Assembly (NCBI GenBank): GCA_964655475.1
Contig: CAZZMO010000004.1
Span: 11,377 to 75,376 of the forward strand
DNA from: an uncultured bacterium
Lineage (GTDB): Bacteria; Chlamydiota; Chlamydiia; Chlamydiales; VGMA01
Length of the DNA stretch: 64,000 nucleotides
Direction: 5' to 3'
Both the position numbers and the translations under genes were made by a program. The notes under the pieces were generated by a model. That model worked only from the letters and a program-made list of their open reading frames with translations, was not told where the DNA came from and searched no databases. Below, piece by piece: positions 9,784-17,639 of this stretch. Each line of letters opens with the position of its first letter. The stretch's first letter is position 1.

Positions 9784-12121
9784 ATTACTGACTCTAATCC
9801 TTTTTTGTCCGGTGCTGCTTTTGTCTCAAACAATTGAGGAGAAACTTTCTCTCCTCTCTATGGAAAAAGCGAAAAAAGGGGAAGAGCGCTCTCTTCAAGA
9901 GTGGAACCAAGATTTGGTATTGCTCCGAGATGAATTGGAAGAGAGGTATGAAAAAGCAGAAGAGTTGATCAGAGATAATGCAGAAGATGACGAGTTCACA
10001 GCTCTTTTGGCAGATATTGAAGACCTCAGAAAAGAACTCAAGACAGAAGAAGAGAAGTGGAGAAGAGAGAGTAGCAAGTCAGGGGTCAAAGGGGAAGAGG
10101 GCTATGCCCTTTGGGATTTAGAAGAGACGACCCTCTCGCAGCTCATCATCGAATTTGGAAGCTCAGACTATCTCTACCTATTCCCTCCTGAAATTGCGGC
10201 GATGAAGATTCATCTCCATTCAAATTTACTCGTGCCTAGAGAGTCTTGGTCTTCACTATTAGAAGTGGTACTTCAGCAGAACGGAATTGGATATAAGCAG
10301 CTGAACCCTTTCACAAGACAGCTCTACCTATTAAAACAAGATTTGACCTCAGTGGAGCTCATCACAGCTGACGAGAGAGGGCTTGACCTTGTGCCGGGCG
10401 AAATGAGAGTGATCTATATCTTTGCTCCGCAGGTGGAAAATTTAAAACCAGCCTTTTACTTTTTCGAAAGATTCCGCGATCCAAAACTCACTTTCGTCTA
10501 TCAGGTGGGGCAGAAGATTGCCATTGTGGGCTCTCGCGATGAAGTCAAAAAACTTTTGACCCTCTACAACAATGTTTGGCAGTCGACCAATCAAAAAGTG
10601 ACCCGCGTGGTGAGCTTTAATAAGATCCATTTCGAAGAGGTGGTGAAGCTTCTCAAGGCTTACTTCGGATCTCTCAATGAAATGGGGAGGTCGGTCATGG
10701 CAAAAGGGGGCTGTGATTTAACAGTGCTCCCTTTCCAGCAAGATGGAAGCTGCGTTTTAGTGGGGCCTGAAGATCTAGTCTCTCGAGCAGAGAACCTGAT
10801 TAAAGAAACAGAGATGCAGATTGAGCATCCACAAGAGATGACCGTCTATTGGTACAACTGCCGACATAGCGATCCGATTGACCTTTCTGAAGTGCTCGAC
10901 AAAGTGTACCACTCCCTTCTCACCTCCTCGATGGAGGGGATGGAGAAACAGGGAGCTGATAAAACGACGGAGATCAATGTCGATGTTGTCGAAGCGAATC
11001 CTCTTGATGGGATGGGAATAGGTCTTGGAGATATGCCAGATGGGCGCCCTGCAACACCGATGCCATCGAATGCAGGCCTTATCTCCTCGCAGATGAGAAA
11101 GAGCAAATCGGTCAATTTCATCCCCTATAGAAAAACTGGGGCGATCTTGATGGTGGTAAGACGAGATGTTCTCGAAAAGATCAAAGAGGTTGTGAGAAAG
11201 CTCGATGTGCCGAAAAAGATGGTGGAGATCGAAGTGCTCCTTTGTGAAAGAAGGATTACGAATAAAAACCGCTCTGGTTTGAATTTGTTAAAGATTGGCT
11301 CTTACGCTCAAAATGCTGACAAAGGGGGCGTCGATTACGATGCTTCTATCAAGGCGCCGGTCAAAGGGCTCTTTGAATTTTTCATCTCAAGACATCGAAG
11401 AGGTTCTGTCCCCGCTTTTGATATTGCATACAGCTTCTTGATGGCGCAAGATGACGTAAGAATCACCGCTTCTCCATCGCTCCTCACGATCAACCAAACG
11501 CCCGCAACCATTTCGATTACGGATGAAATTTCGATCAACAACGGTGCAGCGCCAATGGATTCGAACAAAGGGATTGTCTTTGAAAAATCCTACTCGAGAG
11601 CGCAGTACGGGGTGACGCTTGTTCTCACACCTACGATTCACGATGCTGATATTGATGATCCTGAAGGGAAGATTTGTGTAACTCTCAACAACAACGTGAC
11701 TTTCGATACGATTAAAAGTGATCGAGATGATAGACCTGATGTTCACAAGAGACACATCGAAAACGAAGTGCGTATTTTAGATGGGCAGACCATCATCATC
11801 GGCGGTCTCAAGAGAAAAACATCAGATGATCGAAACGAAAAAATCCCTCTCCTCGGAGAGATCCCAGGTATTGGAAAACTCTTTGGAACGGACGCTCTTT
11901 TGAGAGAGACCACAGAGATGTTTATCTTCATTACACCTCATGTGATCAAAGATCCGAAAGATGATCTGATCCGCCAAAGAGAGCAGATGCTCATGAAGCG
12001 CCCTGGTGATATTCCTCTCTTTTTAGAGAAGCTCTACGCAGCAAGAACGAGTGAAAAATCTCGCTTGTTTGAGCAAAGTTTTCAGTATTTTTTTGGTGAT
12101 CAAAGTGCTAGTTACTTCTGA
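9767..12121 (+). CDS. gspD: type II secretion system secretin GspD
   Basis: Signal peptide from ATG 9767; secretin motifs LDVPKKMVEIEV, GQTIIIGGL, KIPLLGEIPGIGKLF, FITPHVI. Confidence 0.93.
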   Translation: MTQICKLLTLILFCPVLLLSQTIEEKLSLLSMEKAKKGEERSLQEWNQDLVLLRDELEERYEKAEELIRDNAEDDEFTALLADIEDLRKELKTEEEKWRRESSKSGVKGEEGYALWDLEETTLSQLIIEFGSSDYLYLFPPEIAAMKIHLHSNLLVPRESWSSLLEVVLQQNGIGYKQLNPFTRQLYLLKQDLTSVELITADERGLDLVPGEMRVIYIFAPQVENLKPAFYFFERFRDPKLTFVYQVGQKIAIVGSRDEVKKLLTLYNNVWQSTNQKVTRVVSFNKIHFEEVVKLLKAYFGSLNEMGRSVMAKGGCDLTVLPFQQDGSCVLVGPEDLVSRAENLIKETEMQIEHPQEMTVYWYNCRHSDPIDLSEVLDKVYHSLLTSSMEGMEKQGADKTTEINVDVVEANPLDGMGIGLGDMPDGRPATPMPSNAGLISSQMRKSKSVNFIPYRKTGAILMVVRRDVLEKIKEVVRKLDVPKKMVEIEVLLCERRITNKNRSGLNLLKIGSYAQNADKGGVDYDASIKAPVKGLFEFFISRHRRGSVPAFDIAYSFLMAQDDVRITASPSLLTINQTPATISITDEISINNGAAPMDSNKGIVFEKSYSRAQYGVTLVLTPTIHDADIDDPEGKICVTLNNNVTFDTIKSDRDDRPDVHKRHIENEVRILDGQTIIIGGLKRKTSDDRNEKIPLLGEIPGIGKLFGTDALLRETTEMFIFITPHVIKDPKDDLIRQREQMLMKRPGDIPLFLEKLYAARTSEKSRLFEQSFQYFFGDQSASYF

Positions 12122-13667
12122 AGAAGAAGAGATAGAGAGTCTAGCGAAGAAGTATGGACTCAAAGTAGCTCAAGATTTAAGAGAATATCCTCTTGTTCAG
12201 GCAAGAGAAAAGCTCCTCCCTTACCCTTTCGCTAAGCAAAGAAAAGTTCTCCCTTTAAGACTCGATGAGGATCTTCTTCTCGTCGCCATTGCAGATCCAC
12301 TCGACCTTTCCTCTCTAGAAGAGATCCGCTATCAGACAGGCTATACGGTGAAAGAGATCCTTTCATCGAAGAGGCTCATCGACCAAGCAATCGAGTACTG
12401 TTACCAGCAGAGTGATGAAGAAGCGAAAGAATACATCTCCTCTCCAGATAAGGAAGAGATTCTCGATATCGACAATGAGCATGAGTATGATCTTTTGGAT
12501 CAAAGAAGTGACTCTCGGGTCATCCGCTTAGTCAATATGGTTCTTGCAGAAGCACTTCAGCAGGGGGCTTCTGACATCCATTTTGAGCCGACAGAGACGG
12601 GAATCATCATCCGCTATCGAATCGATGGTGTTCTTCAGGTCAGACACACCCCTTCTCGCGATGTGCAAAATGAGCTCCTCACGAGGATCAAAGTCATCGC
12701 CAAGCTCGACATCGCTGAGCATCGCCTTCCACAAGATGGAAGGATCAAGCTCCGGATGGGGGGAAGAGAGATCGACTTCCGCGTGAGTACAGTTCCGGTC
12801 GTTTATGGAGAAAGGATTGTCCTCAGGATTCTCGATAGAAGTCAGGTGATTCTGGGCTTGGATCAAGTGGGAATGAGACAAGAGGTACTTCGAGGCCTCA
12901 GGCATATGCTTTCAGGCAGTCAGGGGATCATCCTCGTGACAGGCCCTACAGGGAGTGGAAAAACAACGACTCTCTATAGCGCCCTGTCTGAACTAGGCTC
13001 TGAGCAAATCAACATCATGACGATTGAAGATCCTGTAGAATACAAATTGCCCAAAATGGCGCAGATTGGGGTCAATACAAAGATTCAGCTCAGTTTTGCG
13101 ACAGGGCTTCGACATATCCTTCGGCAAGATCCTGATGTGATCATGATTGGGGAAATTAGAGATCAAGAGACTGCGGAAATTGCGATCCAAGCTTCCCTTA
13201 CAGGGCACTTAGTTTTGAGTACTCTTCACACAAACGACGCCCCATCAGCCTTGACTCGAATGGTTGAGATGGGAATCGAGCCCTATCTACTCTCTTCATC
13301 AGTAATTGGGGTGCTTGCGCAAAGGCTTGTGAGAAAAATTTGTCCCCACTGCCGAGAAGAGTATGAGCCACATTTAGAAGAGCTTTTAGAGCTAGGATTA
13401 GATCCTCATGTCTATGAAGGGGTGAAGTTTGCTAGGGGAAAAGGGTGTCACCACTGCTTCTTCTCAGGCTACAAAGGAAGGCACGGGATTTATGAGCTCA
13501 TGAATATGACGAATTCTTTGAAGGATCAGCTCATGAAATCACCGAATGCGACAGAGCTTTCCCGCCTCGCCATTTTAGAGGGGATGAAGAGTTTACGCCT
13601 CGAAGGGGCAGAGCTCGTCTTAAAAGGAATTACTACAAGTAGTGAAGTGATGAGGGTCACAAAATAA
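12051..13667 (+). CDS. gspE: type II secretion ATPase GspE
   Basis: ASDIHFEP, Walker A GPTGSGKTTT, TIEDPVEY, LRQDPDVIMIGEIRD, STLHTN, CxxC pairs; true start may be GTG 12105. Confidence 0.95.
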   Translation: MKNLACLSKVFSIFLVIKVLVTSEEEEIESLAKKYGLKVAQDLREYPLVQAREKLLPYPFAKQRKVLPLRLDEDLLLVAIADPLDLSSLEEIRYQTGYTVKEILSSKRLIDQAIEYCYQQSDEEAKEYISSPDKEEILDIDNEHEYDLLDQRSDSRVIRLVNMVLAEALQQGASDIHFEPTETGIIIRYRIDGVLQVRHTPSRDVQNELLTRIKVIAKLDIAEHRLPQDGRIKLRMGGREIDFRVSTVPVVYGERIVLRILDRSQVILGLDQVGMRQEVLRGLRHMLSGSQGIILVTGPTGSGKTTTLYSALSELGSEQINIMTIEDPVEYKLPKMAQIGVNTKIQLSFATGLRHILRQDPDVIMIGEIRDQETAEIAIQASLTGHLVLSTLHTNDAPSALTRMVEMGIEPYLLSSSVIGVLAQRLVRKICPHCREEYEPHLEELLELGLDPHVYEGVKFARGKGCHHCFFSGYKGRHGIYELMNMTNSLKDQLMKSPNATELSRLAILEGMKSLRLEGAELVLKGITTSSEVMRVTK

Positions 13668-14848
13668 TGCCTGTCTACCGCTATCAAGCTTTAAATCAGC
13701 ATGGAAAGAAGATGGAAGGGGTCATCAACGCTGACTGTGTAGAGATGGCCAAAGAGCGGCTTAAGAAGCAGAAAATCATTGTCACGAAGCTTTTACTCGA
13801 CTCTTCCAAAGGGGAAAAGATCAAGCTCTCAGGGGGGCATCTACTCGATTTTACAAGGGATATGGCAAATCTTCTTCAATCTGGAATGCCGCTATATGAA
13901 AGTCTTTTGATCATCGAAGAGAAAAGGATGGGTTCAAAAGATCACCGCCTCTTTTTAGACCTCGCTGATCAGGTGAAGCAAGGAAGACAGCTTTCAGAGG
14001 TGCTCGAAGATTATCCAAAAAGTTTTAATCCCGTCTATATCGCTATGATTGGCGCTGGAGAAGAGACAGGTTCGCTGAGCGATGTCTTCTCTCAGCTTGC
14101 TAAAGTGATAGCGAGAGAGCAAAAATTGAAAAAGCAGATGGGGACAGCGCTGATCTATCCGGCCTTTCTCTTTACGTTTTGTATCATGGTCATTTTAGCG
14201 CTCTTTTTGTTTGTGATCCCTTCGATGAAAGAGCTGATGGAGGGGAGAAAGCTCCACCCGCTAACGCAAATGATCCTCACTTTGAGCCACTACCTCTCGT
14301 TTCATAAAACGCTCCTCTTTAGCGGTACTGGGTCAGTGATTGCCCTCTCGATTCTCTTTTGCAAAAGCAAACGAGGTAAGAATTTTTTCAAACATATGAT
14401 GCTCTATACCCCACTTTTGAAGAAAATGGGGTCCCTGTCGATCCTGATCCGTTTTTCAAGAACCCTCGGTATTCTCTTGAAGTGTTCAGTCCCTTTAACA
14501 TCGGCTCTTCGATTAGCAAAAAAGGTGATGAATCACCCTCAATATGAGGAGGCGATTACTAGGGCAGAGCAGAAGATCATCGAGGGAAAAAAACTCTCTT
14601 TAGAGCTGAAAGAGAGTCCTTGGTTCCCCCCAATGATGGTTCGGATGATCGCGACAGCTGAAGAAGTGGGGAAAATGGATGAAATGCTTCTCCACGTTGC
14701 AGAAATTTACGAAGAGGACCTCGAAAAGTCCTTGCAACAATTCACGAGCTTGTTACAACCTATAATGTTGTTAATCTTAGGGCTGATTGTCGGGGTGGTA
14801 TTATTATCGGTCTTGCTCCCCCTGACAGATGTCAGTTCTTTTTTGTAG
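13667..14848 (+). CDS. gspF: type II secretion inner-membrane platform protein GspF
   Basis: MPVYRYQA start, GEETGSL, ALIYP, TM helices, two GspF domains. Confidence 0.93.
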   Translation: MPVYRYQALNQHGKKMEGVINADCVEMAKERLKKQKIIVTKLLLDSSKGEKIKLSGGHLLDFTRDMANLLQSGMPLYESLLIIEEKRMGSKDHRLFLDLADQVKQGRQLSEVLEDYPKSFNPVYIAMIGAGEETGSLSDVFSQLAKVIAREQKLKKQMGTALIYPAFLFTFCIMVILALFLFVIPSMKELMEGRKLHPLTQMILTLSHYLSFHKTLLFSGTGSVIALSILFCKSKRGKNFFKHMMLYTPLLKKMGSLSILIRFSRTLGILLKCSVPLTSALRLAKKVMNHPQYEEAITRAEQKIIEGKKLSLELKESPWFPPMMVRMIATAEEVGKMDEMLLHVAEIYEEDLEKSLQQFTSLLQPIMLLILGLIVGVVLLSVLLPLTDVSSFL

Positions 14849-14856
14849 GAGAAATT

Positions 14857-15288
14857 ATGAAGGTCAAAAGAAAACATCCCATGACTCTCTTAGAGATCAT
14901 GATCGTTATTTTCATCATTGGCATAATAGGCAGTGTTATCGGTTATAACATGAAGGGAAGCCTAGAAGAGGGAAAAGCCTTTAAGAGTGAGCAGGGTTCA
15001 AAACAGGTCTATGATATCCTCACCTTGGAAATTGCCAAAGGGGGGAGAATCGAAGATATAGTAGAGAATCCAGAGCGCTATTTGGATAAATCAGGATTCG
15101 CGAAAAATCCTAAAAAACTTTTACAAGATGGATGGGGACAAGATTATCTCATCATCAGAAATGGGGTCGATGATCTTTTCGTGGTCTCTCACGACTATTT
15201 GAGATATAGAGAGAAGAAGAACCTCGATCTAGAAGATCTTAAGGAAAAGTTTCCATGGATGGCCGTCGAAGAAGCCCCTTCACGCTAA
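14857..15288 (+). CDS. gspG: major pseudopilin (GspG-like)
   Basis: Type IV pilin-like N-terminus MTLLEIMIVIFIIG; DGWGQ motif. Confidence 0.8.
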   Translation: MKVKRKHPMTLLEIMIVIFIIGIIGSVIGYNMKGSLEEGKAFKSEQGSKQVYDILTLEIAKGGRIEDIVENPERYLDKSGFAKNPKKLLQDGWGQDYLIIRNGVDDLFVVSHDYLRYREKKNLDLEDLKEKFPWMAVEEAPSR

Positions 15289-15704
15289 TAGAGATTCTTC
15301 TCTGTTTTGCCCTCCTGACCATTTTTGGATCGCTCGCGGCCTTGCAAGGATTCCGCTCGATTCAAGAATTTCGCTACAAGCAATCGGTGGGTAAACTCCG
15401 TGAAGAGCTCACCTTTGTCAATCATTTGTCCCTCTCTTCCCAAGTCGATATCCACTTCACTCTTTACTGGGATCGAGGAACCCTGACAGGGGTTTACTTT
15501 CTCGACGATTCTGATAGATCCCTCGACCCTCTTTTGAGAAAAACGAGAACCTTCCCGAAGATTTCCCACCTTGAACTCGACCACACCCCTTTGAAAGAGC
15601 CGATGACACTCACTTTTTCCCCTAATACCCGAGCTCTTACCCAGCATATAGTCGTGACAGTTTCCTCTACTTCAGGGGATGAATCGACCTTTACGATCTC
15701 CTGA
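15255..15704 (+). CDS. minor pseudopilin (GspH-like)
   Basis: FTLIEILL N-methylation-type motif followed by a hydrophobic helix. Confidence 0.7.
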   Translation: MDGRRRSPFTLIEILLCFALLTIFGSLAALQGFRSIQEFRYKQSVGKLREELTFVNHLSLSSQVDIHFTLYWDRGTLTGVYFLDDSDRSLDPLLRKTRTFPKISHLELDHTPLKEPMTLTFSPNTRALTQHIVVTVSSTSGDESTFTIS

Positions 15705-15763
15705 TTTTAATTGATTCTTAATAATCGATCCTGTATAACCTTTCCTTCGGAAGGAAGGTTAGT

Positions 15764-16015
15764 ATGTATAAAATCATTCCATTATTGCTGATCATGGTGG
15801 CGCCACTTTTAGCTAATGAGCCGCGCTATCAGATTGAGCCTAAAGCAAAACCACTCATTCGCGTCGAGCGAAAGAAGGCAAAAGGGAATACGCTTCAGTA
15901 TGCTCTGAAAATGGACCCTGAGCCAGCACTTCTCTCATTGGATGGGAAGCTTGTGAAAGAGAGAAAAGGAAATGTCTCTTTGGGTGCAGAGCTGACAGCG
16001 GGTGTTCGCTGGTAG
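15764..16015 (+). CDS. small secreted hypothetical protein
   Basis: Signal-peptide-like N-terminus (MYKIIPLLLIMVAPLLA); ends in alternating strand LTAGVRW; AAGGAAGG RBS. Confidence 0.55.
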   Translation: MYKIIPLLLIMVAPLLANEPRYQIEPKAKPLIRVERKKAKGNTLQYALKMDPEPALLSLDGKLVKERKGNVSLGAELTAGVRW

Positions 16016-16088
16016 TTATTGACTATTAGGTGGTTTTACATTGGATGTGACAGATTTGGTAGGATGAGACCAACTTAAGGGGTATCTC

Positions 16089-16988
16089 ATGAACTATCGA
16101 GTATATGTTACAAACAGTGATTCAACAGTATCTGTCATTGAAAATAGAGAGGTTATTGCAACGTTTCCTTCTCTAGCGGGCCTCGCTGGTATTACTCTGA
16201 CACCAGATGGAAAAAAAATCTTGGTGGTGAGTGCTGATACCAATCGAGTCGTTATTTATGATTCCTCTGATTATAAAGAATTAGCGAACATTACAGTCGG
16301 AAAATTTCCCTGGAACATTGTCACGACTCTAGATGGAAAGTTCGCCTATGTCACAAACACACAAGGCAACAGCATCTCTATCATTGATGTCGAAACACAT
16401 AAAGTGATCAAAACGATTACTATGGGAAGATATGATGCTCCATGGGGCCTTGCAGTTTCACCTGATGGGAAATATATTTACGGTACCAATCTCAAGAATG
16501 GAACCATTTTTAAAATCGACCCCATTACCCAAGCAATCGTAGGAGATCCGATCATTGCTGGATCTTTCCCCTATGAGATGGCCGTTACGAGAGATAGTCT
16601 TTCTGCTTACACAGCCAACTATTTTGATGCTACAGTTTCTTTTGTACCCTTTGCAGCTGATCCAATTGTTGTCCAAGAGATCCCTGTAGATCAGGAACCT
16701 TATGGCATTGCTGTCACCCCCGATGGAAAATATTCCTACGTAACAAGCCTCATCCAGCACAACGTTACCGTGATCGATAATAGTACACATAAAGTTCTCT
16801 CTCCCTCAATTGCTGTAGGGAAAGAGCCCTCTTATATGGCAGTATCTCCCGATGGAATATTCCTCTACGTCGTCAATTCAGGGAGCAATTCAGTCTCTGT
16901 AATCGAAATTGCAAAGCAACAAGAGGTCGATTCCATCCCCGTAGGAGTGGTCCCCATCTGCATCGCCACTTACCCTTCCGCGTTCTAA
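16089..16988 (+). CDS. YVTN/YncE-family beta-propeller repeat protein (paralogue 1)
   Basis: Repeated P.G(I/L)A(V)(T/S)PDGK..YV(T)N...N.VSVID units of ~42 aa. Confidence 0.88.
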   Translation: MNYRVYVTNSDSTVSVIENREVIATFPSLAGLAGITLTPDGKKILVVSADTNRVVIYDSSDYKELANITVGKFPWNIVTTLDGKFAYVTNTQGNSISIIDVETHKVIKTITMGRYDAPWGLAVSPDGKYIYGTNLKNGTIFKIDPITQAIVGDPIIAGSFPYEMAVTRDSLSAYTANYFDATVSFVPFAADPIVVQEIPVDQEPYGIAVTPDGKYSYVTSLIQHNVTVIDNSTHKVLSPSIAVGKEPSYMAVSPDGIFLYVVNSGSNSVSVIEIAKQQEVDSIPVGVVPICIATYPSAF

Positions 16989-17009
16989 AGCTCACATCTT
17001 GGAAAAGAA

Positions 17010-17074
17010 GAAGAGCCTAGCGCAAAGCGCTTGGCTCTTCCCCTTCCCCCTACCGTCAAAGCTTCGTAAAAGCG
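17010..17074. repeat. hairpin element, copy 1 (related to 41658-41721)
   Basis: GAAGAGCCtAGCGC-aaa-GCGCTtGGCTCTTC followed by CAAAGCTTCGtaaAAGC. Confidence 0.6.
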
Positions 17075-17195
17075 CGGCAGCCTCTTTATTTAAAAAATCC
17101 ACAACTTACTAATATTAAATTACATAAGTATATATTTTGCAAATTTGCAGGAGAAATGTAAAAATGAGGCTCAAAATTACAATTGAGTTGTAAAA

Positions 17196-17386
17196 ATGCG
17201 ACCCCTAAAGCGCTTGTTAAAAGTGTCCCCCCAAAGCTTTTTTCTTTTAGGCCCTAGGAAATTCATAGTGCTGCTTTAGAAGGTTTAATAGCGCAACATC
17301 TTAAAGCATGGATAGACGATCAAGAAGCAGATTTTGTACTCTACTGGAAAGACTGTTTATTCTCTATTGAGGTCAAAGATCCTTGA
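17196..17386 (+). pseudogene. internally deleted remnant of an AAA-family ATPase / DUF4143 gene
   Basis: MRPLKRLLKVSPQSFFLLGPR is joined out of frame to EIHSAALEGLIAQHLKAWIDDQEADFVLYWKDCLFSIEVK. Confidence 0.7.
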
Positions 17387-17639
17387 TGCAAGATGGAATT
17401 CACTTGGGTACAAGAGACTGTCCACAAACTAAGCTTCTGTCAATTTTTCGGTTCTTTTGAACTGATTTTTGTCTCCCTACATATAGAAAAATAATTTTTA
17501 CTTCTTTGTGTAATTCTATTTTGAGTTTTTATTAAATTGTTTAATTGCATGGTGCGTGTTTTTGTAAGATAGAGAGACTCTCGTGGTGAAAAAATCTACG
17601 ATAGGATACATTGAAGATTGATATAGATTGGGAGCTCTA

